DNA of 64,000 bases from IMG/VR virus record IMGVR_UViG_3300042988_000341, positions 1 through 64,000 of that record; one strand, 5' to 3'. The DNA comes from a virus. Numbering within the stretch: position 1 is the first letter of the stretch; each line of letters starts with the position of its first letter. Under the pieces are notes generated by a model, which made no database searches, was not told the origin of the DNA, and was given only the letters and a program-made list of their open reading frames with translations. Position numbers and translations under genes: made by a program. Of the stretch, positions 23,001 through 32,482 are shown piece by piece.

Positions 23001-26000
23001 CTGGAGTCTAATTCAGGACGGCAATGATGAGTCATTCTTGGCCGGAGTACCATCTACGGTAGATCAAGTGCCATTCGGTATGTATTTGAAATACGTCACT
23101 AGTTTTATGGGCGCTGATCTATCAGGTCTGTCTGTGCCAGATACAACTTTACCCGAACTCGTTAGATATGGCACTTCATTCCGCCCTCGTCAAAGTATGT
23201 TTGTTGATAGAGCATTAGCCTTGAAGAATTTCATTCAGTACGCTAACGACACCATGGCAAAGTACACTATTACTGAGACTCGTGGTATGTACTTATTAAA
23301 TCAATCGCTATACATCAACGGCGAAGTATCAGCGATCTCTTCTACTAATATTTACATCACTACGCAAGAAGGCAAAACTGTTACAGGACTATACGAAGGT
23401 CAAGCAGTGACGGTTAAAGGTACTTCATACGGTGGCATAGAAGCGAATAAGTCACACTACATCACAAAGATAGGCACAGATGACTACGGTCAATATATTA
23501 CAGTAAGTGACTCTACTAATGGGTCTACTATAGGATTGACTGAGAACGTTGGCACAATGAGTATCAAGATATACGATACTACAGATTACTGGACAAACAC
23601 AACTTGGTGGGCAACCGGTTATAGTTCAAGCACGAAAGTAACTCTAGAAGTTCAATCATACACTGATCTAATGACTATTGGTCAAGGAGACCTCGTCGCT
23701 AGCTCTTACGGTAATGTAACGCTAACAGAGGGACTAGTGGCCCGTGTCATCAAAAATGGCCAGGGCGTAAATGAATATTACTCATATTCATCTACTGGCT
23801 GGACTAGAGTAGGTCTACAGCGCGGCACAATTCAAATCAAATCTGAATTGTACACCACGACACAGCCTATCCCATCAATGGAAATCTACCACATCATTCG
23901 TTGGATCACTGAACAACTATATGTAAACGAACTCTTAATCGAGAACAATCAAAGTCTAATGATGATGTTTAACTTGATTCAAAGCGAGGGTCAACAGCAG
24001 CAGAACTATCTACCATGGTTGAATAAGACCAGTTTGATAGATGTTAAGCACACAATTCGTCAACTAAAGCCCTACAAACAATACAAGCGTGACACTCGCG
24101 AGTTAGTCGAAGGCTACTTAAAAGAAGTAAAACCATATCACGTATTCATTAAAGACTTCTCATTCACCTATGATGGCATTGAAGAATACAACGGCGTGTT
24201 CACTGACTTTGACTTACCAGCACAGTACAACTCATCTGTTGGTAAATTCCTAAGCCCTCAATTAGTATCTCAAGTCACGACTTCGGGACAATACTTATCA
24301 ACTGATAGTATCTGGAAAGATGTATCGTATAGTGACTGGTACAATCATTTCGGCCTAACGATTAGCAACCAGCAAGTCAGTACTATCTTAGTGACTGCCC
24401 TTACTAATGATATTAGTAATACTAGTACATCTATTGTCGTTGATGAAGCTACTGTTCTTCCAGTTCGTGGAACAATTTTAATCGGCAACGAAGAAATTAG
24501 TTACACTATCTTAAATAGAAAAACAAACACTATCAGTGGTCTAACACGAGGCATTAACTTCCAGCAGCCACAGAGCTATACAGCAGGCACTAATGTATAT
24601 CTATTACCTGAACCAGTAATGGTCATGGATAGCGGTCGTGGCTATACAAGTCTTCCTGTTATTTCGGCTTACTTCGACACTACTGAATATCCATACGGTC
24701 CAAGAACGCCAGCAGTATTCACTCCGGTGCTATCAGAGACAAAGCTAGTTAGCGTGACACTGACTAATGCCGGCGACGGATACCCCGTACTGCCTGAGAT
24801 TAGAGTAGGTGCTAGTAGCATTAGTGGCTTAATCTACACAAATCAAATCGACAGTACACTAAATCAAATTAGTATCGCGGGTCACCCGTTTGTTGATGGT
24901 GATTGCGTTGTTGTCAGTGATATTGAAGATGATAGCACGACAAAGAGTCTAAAGAATAATCAGTATTATTACGTTAAGAGCATTGATGAAAACACCATCT
25001 CTCTATATAGAACATACAAAGAGGCAATCAACGGTTATACTACAGTCGAAACATTCCTATCATTCAGTGATACAGCAAATAATATCATTACGTTCGACAG
25101 CGCGACGAATATAGATAAACTACCATTTGTCACTGGCGACAAAATCAAGATCGTCTACGCATCAAAGCCAGCCTCTCCTGAATACTACTACGTAGAGAAT
25201 TTAGGAATAGATGGCGTACTTAACGGTGCTCCTAAGATAGCTATCTATTCTACTAAAGAAAAGGCCATGACCGGCTATTCTAACGACAGAATTACACCAT
25301 CCGGTTCAGGCTCAATATCTAATACGCCAAGAACAGATTCTACTAGAATCGCTCTATTAGATAATGTAACTGCCACAATCGCAGTCACTGCCCGCGTAAG
25401 TATCTTCACTGATAATCTACCAGTAAGAGAGATGAAAGTTAATATGAAGTTCGATAGAACATCGTATCTAAGCTACGCTAAAGACTGGAATGCTGAGACT
25501 GGACTATTCAGTGATGCTGGTTGGGGCACGGGCCTCTGGGGTCAGGGAATTTATTATTCAAAGAATGATCTAGCAGTATATGACGGCGTTCTATATCGCG
25601 CCAATAGAAATCTAAACACAACTGAACTCGCCGACACCTTTAATCTAGCATACTGGACAGAAGTAGATAGTGGAGACGGCGAACTAACAGCCGCCGATAG
25701 AATCGCTGGTTTCTATAAACCAACTGGTAGTATGGCTGGCTTTACAATGACCGATATGAGCCAGTTAATGACCGGCGTAACAAACCCATATCCAGTTGTT
25801 AAGAACTTACCATTTAGTGATACTAAGACGTATGCCTTCTTGGCAGGTCAAGTAGATTTAGATACTGATACTATTCAACTAAGAGAAACTGCTCCAGAAG
25901 TAGTTACTTACGTCGAGCGCATTACTGGAACTAGTAACAATGAGATTAGTTTAACCGCATTACCTGCTGCCACCTCAGTAGACAAGACTCTGTTCACACT

Positions 26001-29000
26001 TAAATCTACAGACAATGTGCGTATTGGCGACAGAATTAAATTTGACGGAGCATTATTTGGCAACATCGTTAGTAACGGTATTGATTCAGAAGTAACTCTG
26101 AAAAATAAGAACTATGTTGTATCGTTTATTAACTCATCAAAAGATGTAATCAGCATCAGTGACACGTTCACTAATGGTTCTATCGGTAATAGTATCTCGT
26201 TGACTACAAGTAATGGGTACATGACAATTAAGCCTGTGGAATACACTACTAGTAACATCTATGCTAACGGTATTGTATCATTGAATACTACTGACTTTGT
26301 GTCAGTTGGTGACTCAGTACGCTTTAGTAATGTATCAGTAACGGTTGATGTTAATCGAACATATTCTAGTACTAACCCTGCTACGCCAAGTCAATTACTA
26401 GTTAGCTCTACGGCCAATATTGCTCCAGGCATGAAGATTGAGTTTAGTGGCGATGTCAGCGCAGCAAACATTAGTAATGTTACTCCTTACTACGTAAAAC
26501 AAGTTATTGATACCAATAATATCACAATATCGGATGCGTTGATGGGACCAGTTCACCCATTGACTTCTAGTGTGTTAGCGGCAACTGCTAAAGTCACTGG
26601 CTCATTTGGTAAGTATGACGTACAGACTGCTACTAAAGTGTCAGCAAACGGATACATCACTGTGTCTAATACTGCTTCATATGCTAATGGCATGAACGTA
26701 TGGTTTACTGGCACAAATGCTTCACCTGTATTCGGAGGATTAAATACAGCAAACGGCGGCACTAACTTACAGAGCGCTGACTATACTTTAACAGTACAGT
26801 CGGCCACAGAAATTACATTGAGTTATTCAGGAACACCGATAACAGTATTGACTGCTGGAACCGGTAAGATGACTGCCGTGGTTGAAGCTAATGGTATCGT
26901 CGCTGACACTAACTATTTCGTTACGAGTGTCGCTAACAGTAATATAACTCTAAGTACGACACTTGGTGGCACAAGCATTACTACTATGCCTATCTCTGGA
27001 ACAATGTTAGCTGATAGTAGTCAGTTCTATGTAACAGAAGTTACCGCGGATACTAACAATCTAACACTCAATTCTATTGACGCTGTTAAATCATTATCTA
27101 TTGGTGATGAAATTTACTTTACCGGTAACGCTATCGGTGGCTTAGTTCCGTTACAAACATACACAGTTAAATCATTAGACTATGTAACTAACAAAGTTAC
27201 TCTAACAGATACTACTGGTTTATTTGGAGACACCCCATCATCTACGGAACGTATGTCATTATGGCGCGTCAAGTCATCTGTTAAGACATCATACGCTAAT
27301 GGCGATATGGTCAAAGTAGTATACACATTCCCAACAAGCAAAACGACTGAATACTATTATGTCACTGTCATTGACGATACTACTATATCTCTACGCACCA
27401 CTGACAATTCTATCGTTACTATTCCAGACGGCGCCAGCGGCACAGTTGTTAAACCACAAACGATTGTTGCTTTAACTGATCCTATCTCTTATTCTGTGGG
27501 CACGGCGTTACAGATGTTGTTCGAGCAATCTAGTAATCCAACTAATTTTGGGTTAACTAACTATCGTACTTACTGGGTAGGGATCATCGATAGTCGTCGT
27601 GCCGGAGTATATTTAAGTAAGGATGATGCCGAGAATGATACGAACAGAATTCCTCTTCTAAGTCAAAACGGCGGCCAATTCTTATATGGTAGTAACTACG
27701 ATACTATCATCAAGGCACCTAACGGCACTGCTGCCACCCAATATGACATCGTTGGCGCACCCTTCGAAAGTGGATATTCTCCAGAAGAACTAGTAGCAGG
27801 CATTGTTACTGATGGTATCAACTTCACAGTAACTACTCGTCCTGGCTCAACATGGGATCCTCTTTCGATTGCTAGTGGTACTAACTCGTCAAACTTCGGC
27901 GGGACGGGCTTCAATATGGTCAGACTGATTAGACAAGCACCTTCTACTAGCTTATACTATTCAGATGGGTCAAAGATGTTCAGTGATTCTACTACGGGTA
28001 TTCAATTTAAGGATATCGTAGTTAATCCAATGTCTATATCTGTTTATGGCAACACTAGTATGCCTGACGGTAAAGACGGACAAACTAGATTGACGCCAGG
28101 TGATGATTACACAGTTGACTGGATCAACGAGGTAATATATGTAATTGGTAGTGCTGTTGCGGCGTACACCTCATTTGATCTTGTGATATACGAAGCGGGC
28201 AACGGAAGTCATCTAATTCGTAGCAGTAGTAAATACTTCCCTATAAAGAAAGTACAAGACAATAAAGATAAATCATCTGGTATTACATATCACAGCGAAA
28301 TACATTTGGACGTACCTTACTGTTACGTTGAAACGCCAAACGAAACTAACTATTGGCTATCTACGTTAGTATCAGTTGGTAGTATTACTACAGATATGAA
28401 GGCATTAACATATCTGACTAACACTACACATCCGGAATATAGTTCAAGTGGTCACTATACTATTGAGCCACTTCGACCATATGATCAAGTAAACGACCCA
28501 TACAATCCAGCAAAAATTGTATTCACCGAAGAATATGATAATGCCACTGATTACGCCTCATTTGTATTGACTACTAATGTGATTGGCATGTTCGTTGTTT
28601 CTACAGAAGACATCAATAGCAGTTACTACGTGGATGGTATCGAATACGTTGACTTTGTTGTACCGATCACGGATCTAGCATACGCTCGAAGTAAACTAGA
28701 CCTACAATTAAATGGCACTAATGTATCAAACTACACAGTAGTAAATCCAACCGATGTCGAACTAGCGTCCAATAAAGGTTTCGCCACAATTACATTTAAG
28801 TTAAGTGATCTATCCTTATATGATAACATCAAAGTAACTTACGGAAGTAATGGTGCTTCTACTCCGTTAACCCAGCGAGTAGCAAAGGCAGAAGGTCTAC
28901 CAAAGGACTTTATTGAGCCAGTGACAACTAAATTAGGCAGTGTCTCGATTACTAGTACAGGTGGAGTATTCTCATGTACATCATCGGTGACACTGAAGGT

Positions 29001-32000
29001 TGGAGATATTATGAGTGTTAGTGGGTTATTATCCGGCACAGGTTCAATCGCAGGCTATGTTAATCCTACTACATATTACATTATTGCCACTAATGGCACA
29101 ACTAACTTTACTCTATCTACTACGTCCGGCGGCACAGCCGATGTTGTGACTACCCTAGGTTCGACTACAGGTCTGTCATTTAATGTAGTTCAGGACTATA
29201 CAGTTCCTAGATTATGTTACACGTTGAATAGCTTCCTTGGAGATGATAACTACAGTTCTATTAAGGTGACCGAAGTTAAAGCAGATGGGTACTTCTACGG
29301 TTCTTCTAGTATTCAAATGAAAGTCAATGATACGGTTACTATTACTGGTGAGTTAATCGGCACTGCGACCATCACTGGATATCATTCACCTATTAAGTAC
29401 TATATTGCCGATACTGACGGCTATAGTAAATTCAGTTTAACCTCATACTTTGGTGGTATACCAGACGTGACGGTCACCCCAGGAACTACTGTCGGTTTGA
29501 CGTTCAGTATTGAGAATAACTTAGTAGTAGAAATCGATGGCGTTCGCGTAGATGGCCCATCACCTACCCAAATATATCGTAAGATTATTCAAGTTGACAA
29601 AGACGAATTAAAAATTTCTTACCCTACCCCAGTTTACGGTATTAGTGAATTCGATATCGAGTTCTTTACAGTGCTGGTAAACGGTTCGGAAATCCCTCAA
29701 TTTAACCCAGTGGCCCCAACTGAAATCTACTGGAACTTAAATTACGATTTCGCTAACGGTAAGTTCTATCAAATGGACGCTGACTTCATTAACGATGCCT
29801 TCAATACGGTAGTAACAGAAGACGACTTAGCAACTGGTGCTTGGGGCTTCTTTGACGACGGCACACCATTCGATAATCAATCATCATTTAACGTTGTTCT
29901 TAACCCTAATTTTATTAAATTAAAAGACAACGATATTATTACATTATCTTATCAAGTGCCGGGTCAAGTACCACCAGATACATTCACAATTGAAGTAGAT
30001 GAAGATAAGTTAGGAGGCACATTGAATGTATTGAATACGGGTTCAGTATTTAAGACAGGCACCTCTAAAGTAGCGATTACTACATTCGGTAGAACAACGG
30101 GTCAAAGTTTATTAACTCAGCGTGTAACTGATGCTACCGTTAATTTAATTCCTAGACTATCTTCGTTAGAAGATTTGTCAGGCGCTCGTATCCCTGGCAT
30201 CAAGTTCAGTCTTACCAGCCCGCCGCTGATAACGCTAGATACTGTTCATAGCTTGACTAACAAGAGTCCTCTACAGCAAGTCATGATTCACGGAACATCT
30301 GCCAGTACTTTAGATGGCCGACGCTTCTACGTAAGTAGCACTAACTATTATGATATGTCTACAGTACAAGACTCAAGTAAGCAGGTGTATTTGTACAACG
30401 TAGATGAGCCATCTAATACGAATTTGACCAATCGTTGGGATACTTCTTCTGCGTCTCCGTTCACCGCACTGACTGGCACTAGTTATATTCAGTTATTGAA
30501 TGCCGTGAATAGTGGTGATTCAACTCTATCTATTAACCCGTTAGTAATCACTCAACCTGACGGTTACAAGTTAACGGACGTTAGTAGACTGTTCGTTAGT
30601 ATTATCTATTCACCGGATGCTCCAGGTCCATATATTGGCCATCGTGAATATGTTCCTACTAATTTATTGAGTTTCACTCAATTCGGTGACGTTAGTACCT
30701 TACTAATTCAGAAAGCTATTGCTCCTGGTGATCAAGTATTGATTACTAGTATGGTGCCTACTACAAGCCCAGACGAGAATAAGTTTAGAATTAATAACAC
30801 GTGGAACACAGTAAGTGGTGTGCCTAATACGCCTAAGTTACATCGTGAAAATCAATTCACTAGAACTTATGTAACAGAAGTGATCAATGACATTAACACT
30901 GGTGAATTGTCTTCATTCAGAGTTAATAATCCACAAGCCCTAGTTAAGACAGCAGTATTCAGCGGTAGCGACTCAGTGTCCGGCGCAAGAGATGTGGTAA
31001 TGGATCCAGAATCTGGTATCTACTACTGTTTAGTGGATAATGTTAATAACAGACAAGTATCCGACATCAAGATAACTACTGTTGCTGGTGTAGCAATCAC
31101 TGGCTTTGAATCAATTGCTACTTCTAACACCACAACAGTAAAGATTATCTTCTCTAGTAATCCAGGAGTAACTAAAGTAAATGTAACTATCTCTGCTGGC
31201 AACACTCTAATGATTAACGGCGAAGAACTACAATTCTCTTCTATTGTACTAGAACAAAGTAATCCAAGTTATGGACTAATCTCTGGCTTTAAGCGCGGTC
31301 GTAATTCAACTGGTGCTAAAGAAATCAAACTTTATGATATAGTTCAGGGTGTACTAGATGAGAACATCAGTGATGCTGGCAACGCATATAAGAACTGGTA
31401 TAGTAACAATATCAAGACTGCTATTACTGCCAATGCTACTGGCGGAACATACACATTCACATATCCTACTGGAGTTAATAGTGATGGTTCTACCGCTAGT
31501 GATGTTATTGGCTCAGTAGTAGCAAAAGATACAATCGCATTCATAACTAAGAAAACTCATGCTAACGGCAAAACATACACGGATTACGTATCTTCTACCG
31601 AGACAGCTAACATTATCTATACTAATGCTAGCACCGAAGAATATGTATACGCTACCTATGCTAGTACTGGCGGCAGTGATACTACCATGACTATGGTATC
31701 TACTGCTGGTATTACTAAGGGAATGTATGTTTCTGGCAAAGGCATTACAGCCGGTACAACTGTCACTCAAATATTCGGCAGAGTTATCACGTTAAGTAGT
31801 GCTGTTACTCAACCAGAAGGCGAGTACTCGTTCTATAATATTCCTACAGCAAACGTATTCAACTTTAATATCGACGCTGACAATAATATTAGAAAGATTG
31901 CGGTCGGTAGTACTGTATCGTTCAAGCATGATGGTAATCTAGTCACCATAGATACAATCGACGCTAACGGCAATATAGTTATTCAGAATGCGTTTACTGT

Positions 32001-32301
32001 TACTAACAGCTACGCTAATACTCAAGGCGGGCTAGTTTCTATTGCTAATTCTACTACCTGGACTATCGAAACTGCAGAAAGCCCAGCAGCCAGAGTCGGT
32101 GACGAGATTACGACCCAATACCATGACTTTGATATCGCTAATAGCTATCAATCAGGAAATACTTGGATAATTAAGACATCTGAACAGCATTCATTAGTAG
32201 CTGCCGATACTACAGTATATCTAACTCATAGTCTTGACCTGCCGCTACAGCTTGATGGCAATAGCACGATTGCTGATTTCTTGAATAAGCAGGTTAGATA
32301 A
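14071..32301 (+). CDS. giant (6076 aa) baseplate/virion structural protein with many repeated beta-modules (gp7-position)
   Basis: Uninterrupted 18.2 kb ORF after gp6; FLPEIFQT N-terminus, EVKPYH motif, FG-GAP-like segments, many YYV...ISL modules. Confidence 0.75.
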   Translation: MVNQVRTLDFLPEIFQTETNDQFLSSTLDVLTKQPNMTRVQGYIGNKYGYAIEAGDNYVTETTQSRSNYQLDPAVVFLKEDTQIAQDFIDYPGIIAALTNGGGVTSNHNKLFSNTFYSWDSFADIDKLVNYAQYYWLPLGPDAILIYEDVDVTDILGKTNYTAPNGLAFVNGLKVNFSGTVTPSNYANVDYYVEGVGTSITLVPASELLCTEVTGGGIYTPWDNDPYDTVDWSISLYVPIQPDYIVINRSSRDRNAWSRGNRWFHQGVIDATVKYNGDVTNNQYNTQTRAQRPIVEFQGNMSLYNSGKSYAAIVDFIDTRTKDALSTVAGSNGIQVKTDVNRTSNRVSTEGIVVNDTTNLVEGMTVTFSGNLPIELDATKEYVIRSIDNVLSTITVSLPPTVLNGTTTYHPVIKATVGSYDMKVTGISEIGLLNDTTVVFANDNDINVRKTVYKVTTVEAGADAKKIIALTPLPNVTVETGSQIYVAAGPGDYLGQAWRFEIDTTGVIRPAGDQGWTQSQKKIAINQSPLFDIVDDNEISFSDTSFYMNSSFAGSKLFSYTIGTGTNDSVLGFATTYSSPANTGDFLFTVHMNSDKFTYTNDSTGSTITKMISDGYAQYRPTTTATVKRTGWVKAVAPSVQYQVFIFDVTDVNKSGLVCDVAMSSEAQTLWAPIKIYKNGEFIDSSYYKTTVDTTIGTTIVTFNDGLSVGDQVSVQLISDQVSKTAYYQIPSNLQSNPFNTQISSVAAGDLKNYYNSIFGNAPNAAGVVFGQNNLGNLGDLAKYGNTIIQNSASLLLPGVFLRKSSYNIQDALQYNCDEYMDYKHTLLQLAYTGDYSVYQTVDTILDDIIYQISSAKNESDSFYWSDMIVSGSPFSVNTYSFGAAVTVATFATSRVYDFANANYYGLAVYITETVDGVTTTSQLIRGVDYFPSTTEPSVTIKRSISTSTTITVKEYNQTWGSYIPNTPTKLGLYPATIPHVKLDATYTQPTYFIVGHDGSHNRLYGTYTDGKLDDFRDLALLEFETRIYNNLKVSGDIPLQYTDVFPGQWRKTDYSWEEILPTYTSNFLNWVGKNKLGDYRRQVFSHTNSFSFNYNKATNTADSTLLKQGNWRGIYNWFYDTSNPADAPWEMLGFTTKPQWWDSRYGSAPYTTGNMLMWQDIADGRVWNNGTPYIDSTRVRPGLLKTLPVDDAGALIDPLVKIIKNYDSLTFERGWVAGDQGPTETSYLKSSSWPFDLMKLMSVLKPADFYNLNADRDMYKYDSDLDQYLFNGRYHLDPADLIIYGNGTAKHSYINWVVDYINQTGTDGQASVATTLKNIDVRLTYKLAGFSDKQYLRFLTENTAPSATSNSLLIPDDSYSVLLYDNVPSDKVTYSSVIIQKTDRGYTVWGNSITNPYFKTVAPKVGPYQKLTYGNTTVQLSTVYDAASSVSIAYGTEFYTIQGVSEFLRNYGRWLTEHGVVFENSRDDALIDWTAMIGEFVSWAQQMWETGSIISLNPNAKEFKMYKSGLIVQPLTLHKENFILNQNLITLKSQNMAVLRNNEEFSVRVLSDGDTIAYTNLHLSTVEHAIVFDNQTVFGDTIYNTDSGLRQTRLVMQGKKTADWSGYVNADGFILNQADISEWDNSTKYPKGQIVLYKNKYWFAKELIQPSDTFDYTLWTESNYENIKQGLLPNPSTAAYESSQLYDIQQANLEQDEDLLAFGLIGFRPRDYMSLASLSDVTQINVYKNMISSKGTNKSTLAFKGATPLQGDLDYDVRENWAIKTSNFGSVLNSNFVETPLYQNLLTGNPAIIGFGDAMASTVDFSTIGFKSGVQQKVAIGDIAFKGKKKNKGGQDYKYQNDLINYGRSPDNANFLPSYSLTYVEERGLPTAGYVNIDDVDYYAYNLSDLNSTATNISDLYRGDVVWVANYNSKWDVFTPVSIGTVLSSVRNNLNDTVTLTFSEPHGLLEDDPFVVVDFDDRVNGYYTATTIVDLRSVVIDLTLPKTVVTLTGTGITFKLYSVRVEQASNLSLYTETVPFAEFSTRLSWVDEDTSGDWSVLGASPVYEKQTISIDATLTKASTTVAVTSKTGVIVGQLVSGTGIVNGTTVSAISATTNTITISVAPTASSDTTLTFENTRTGYGKSVAYTSAIGELVVANNGLYKNGSLLQTINGITSVVASGTTAICSSPSTLYVFDFNLNTVSLSTLYTDETYIIVSLGTMTQKEWNELANRDVAYNVNDTTTYKTYKVGDEIIPKTSSSTLSGTVRLKKLVVKSLTVANNGVITLSRDTNWLYVANNTTLTTYFKVGTTYINTGTTTVGSEITSLATAKDGSKVIVGASNQALLVGDETYSEGGVVYVYDRASRSYLQDVLTNKVFTVSSAITGEVAQVYINATLQEASSYSVVGSTVTFTVAPPVGTTIYINYGALTKQQTITSSKPHIGANFGRSVATNRYGAEITVGAPYELATVNEVKNVEGAVYRFTNAGQRYGTVTATVSESTDVAGTLYIDGFEVNYSTSSKLANPTLPASATNPEMPSSITDNKRNRVAYQINSIEPTNVVATYGDTATMTLSNKVGTAAVPNDQIDIVGATEAALSDIGITPYIKTQVINDKNLDTNSQFGWTVAMNQDDSTRDSIIVSARSVDTFSETTFDFTNDLNAMNDCIFDNGATTFIDKFPFTGGVYQYDYLSSNSETIDAPGKYTFGQYCIIPTTDSERSLQSTAPHYGSALSFTDGVITVGSPDWYKSGTGRVTTFKIDSSSTKTSSWYTDKQPLPRVDVNRLSTISIYDTETNKTLDRLDYIDPAQGKMLSAVETNIDIIGLVDPAVYSTGTVWGANRVGTTWLDTSNIRLMNYNQPDVTYNSRYFGRAFPGSTADIYTWISSSVLPVDYSGSGYTSNFNDYVSATIIDKSSNTLTTEYYFWVKGYDQVPVGKTLSPSVLSQYILNPANSGVAFLGALTTNTVALFNAQDSIQSHSSALHLGYSVGNNSDRGHQDWSLIQDGNDESFLAGVPSTVDQVPFGMYLKYVTSFMGADLSGLSVPDTTLPELVRYGTSFRPRQSMFVDRALALKNFIQYANDTMAKYTITETRGMYLLNQSLYINGEVSAISSTNIYITTQEGKTVTGLYEGQAVTVKGTSYGGIEANKSHYITKIGTDDYGQYITVSDSTNGSTIGLTENVGTMSIKIYDTTDYWTNTTWWATGYSSSTKVTLEVQSYTDLMTIGQGDLVASSYGNVTLTEGLVARVIKNGQGVNEYYSYSSTGWTRVGLQRGTIQIKSELYTTTQPIPSMEIYHIIRWITEQLYVNELLIENNQSLMMMFNLIQSEGQQQQNYLPWLNKTSLIDVKHTIRQLKPYKQYKRDTRELVEGYLKEVKPYHVFIKDFSFTYDGIEEYNGVFTDFDLPAQYNSSVGKFLSPQLVSQVTTSGQYLSTDSIWKDVSYSDWYNHFGLTISNQQVSTILVTALTNDISNTSTSIVVDEATVLPVRGTILIGNEEISYTILNRKTNTISGLTRGINFQQPQSYTAGTNVYLLPEPVMVMDSGRGYTSLPVISAYFDTTEYPYGPRTPAVFTPVLSETKLVSVTLTNAGDGYPVLPEIRVGASSISGLIYTNQIDSTLNQISIAGHPFVDGDCVVVSDIEDDSTTKSLKNNQYYYVKSIDENTISLYRTYKEAINGYTTVETFLSFSDTANNIITFDSATNIDKLPFVTGDKIKIVYASKPASPEYYYVENLGIDGVLNGAPKIAIYSTKEKAMTGYSNDRITPSGSGSISNTPRTDSTRIALLDNVTATIAVTARVSIFTDNLPVREMKVNMKFDRTSYLSYAKDWNAETGLFSDAGWGTGLWGQGIYYSKNDLAVYDGVLYRANRNLNTTELADTFNLAYWTEVDSGDGELTAADRIAGFYKPTGSMAGFTMTDMSQLMTGVTNPYPVVKNLPFSDTKTYAFLAGQVDLDTDTIQLRETAPEVVTYVERITGTSNNEISLTALPAATSVDKTLFTLKSTDNVRIGDRIKFDGALFGNIVSNGIDSEVTLKNKNYVVSFINSSKDVISISDTFTNGSIGNSISLTTSNGYMTIKPVEYTTSNIYANGIVSLNTTDFVSVGDSVRFSNVSVTVDVNRTYSSTNPATPSQLLVSSTANIAPGMKIEFSGDVSAANISNVTPYYVKQVIDTNNITISDALMGPVHPLTSSVLAATAKVTGSFGKYDVQTATKVSANGYITVSNTASYANGMNVWFTGTNASPVFGGLNTANGGTNLQSADYTLTVQSATEITLSYSGTPITVLTAGTGKMTAVVEANGIVADTNYFVTSVANSNITLSTTLGGTSITTMPISGTMLADSSQFYVTEVTADTNNLTLNSIDAVKSLSIGDEIYFTGNAIGGLVPLQTYTVKSLDYVTNKVTLTDTTGLFGDTPSSTERMSLWRVKSSVKTSYANGDMVKVVYTFPTSKTTEYYYVTVIDDTTISLRTTDNSIVTIPDGASGTVVKPQTIVALTDPISYSVGTALQMLFEQSSNPTNFGLTNYRTYWVGIIDSRRAGVYLSKDDAENDTNRIPLLSQNGGQFLYGSNYDTIIKAPNGTAATQYDIVGAPFESGYSPEELVAGIVTDGINFTVTTRPGSTWDPLSIASGTNSSNFGGTGFNMVRLIRQAPSTSLYYSDGSKMFSDSTTGIQFKDIVVNPMSISVYGNTSMPDGKDGQTRLTPGDDYTVDWINEVIYVIGSAVAAYTSFDLVIYEAGNGSHLIRSSSKYFPIKKVQDNKDKSSGITYHSEIHLDVPYCYVETPNETNYWLSTLVSVGSITTDMKALTYLTNTTHPEYSSSGHYTIEPLRPYDQVNDPYNPAKIVFTEEYDNATDYASFVLTTNVIGMFVVSTEDINSSYYVDGIEYVDFVVPITDLAYARSKLDLQLNGTNVSNYTVVNPTDVELASNKGFATITFKLSDLSLYDNIKVTYGSNGASTPLTQRVAKAEGLPKDFIEPVTTKLGSVSITSTGGVFSCTSSVTLKVGDIMSVSGLLSGTGSIAGYVNPTTYYIIATNGTTNFTLSTTSGGTADVVTTLGSTTGLSFNVVQDYTVPRLCYTLNSFLGDDNYSSIKVTEVKADGYFYGSSSIQMKVNDTVTITGELIGTATITGYHSPIKYYIADTDGYSKFSLTSYFGGIPDVTVTPGTTVGLTFSIENNLVVEIDGVRVDGPSPTQIYRKIIQVDKDELKISYPTPVYGISEFDIEFFTVLVNGSEIPQFNPVAPTEIYWNLNYDFANGKFYQMDADFINDAFNTVVTEDDLATGAWGFFDDGTPFDNQSSFNVVLNPNFIKLKDNDIITLSYQVPGQVPPDTFTIEVDEDKLGGTLNVLNTGSVFKTGTSKVAITTFGRTTGQSLLTQRVTDATVNLIPRLSSLEDLSGARIPGIKFSLTSPPLITLDTVHSLTNKSPLQQVMIHGTSASTLDGRRFYVSSTNYYDMSTVQDSSKQVYLYNVDEPSNTNLTNRWDTSSASPFTALTGTSYIQLLNAVNSGDSTLSINPLVITQPDGYKLTDVSRLFVSIIYSPDAPGPYIGHREYVPTNLLSFTQFGDVSTLLIQKAIAPGDQVLITSMVPTTSPDENKFRINNTWNTVSGVPNTPKLHRENQFTRTYVTEVINDINTGELSSFRVNNPQALVKTAVFSGSDSVSGARDVVMDPESGIYYCLVDNVNNRQVSDIKITTVAGVAITGFESIATSNTTTVKIIFSSNPGVTKVNVTISAGNTLMINGEELQFSSIVLEQSNPSYGLISGFKRGRNSTGAKEIKLYDIVQGVLDENISDAGNAYKNWYSNNIKTAITANATGGTYTFTYPTGVNSDGSTASDVIGSVVAKDTIAFITKKTHANGKTYTDYVSSTETANIIYTNASTEEYVYATYASTGGSDTTMTMVSTAGITKGMYVSGKGITAGTTVTQIFGRVITLSSAVTQPEGEYSFYNIPTANVFNFNIDADNNIRKIAVGSTVSFKHDGNLVTIDTIDANGNIVIQNAFTVTNSYANTQGGLVSIANSTTWTIETAESPAARVGDEITTQYHDFDIANSYQSGNTWIIKTSEQHSLVAADTTVYLTHSLDLPLQLDGNSTIADFLNKQVR

Positions 32302-32303
32302 GA

Positions 32304-32311
32304 GATAAATA
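32304..32311 (+). promoter_or_regulatory. late promoter box
   Basis: GATAAATA 5 nt upstream of ATG 32317. Confidence 0.7.
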
Positions 32312-32316
32312 TAACT

Positions 32317-32469
32317 ATGACAGAACAGGATAAATCAGAAGCCGCGCCCAATCATGTTAGAACTCCAGAACGAGTTCCTAACGAAACTGCCGGTTTCTAT
32401 TTCTCTAGTTTTTTAAAAATTACAGACCCGGACTCGGGCAAAGTTCTAGTACAAACTAGAGCCGATTAA
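32317..32469 (+). CDS. unannotated 50-aa protein paralogous to the N-terminus of the next gene
   Basis: MTEQDKSEAAPNHVRTPERVPNETAGFYFSSFLKITDPDSGKVLVQTRAD*; fills the gap directly after a late box. Confidence 0.7.
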   Translation: MTEQDKSEAAPNHVRTPERVPNETAGFYFSSFLKITDPDSGKVLVQTRAD

Positions 32470-32482
32470 TAAAGGAATACAA

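Noticed and set aside
14071-32301. Giant ORF as NRPS/PKS or intein-containing protein
   Set aside because: No adenylation, condensation, ketosynthase or intein splice motifs seen; composition and context are structural
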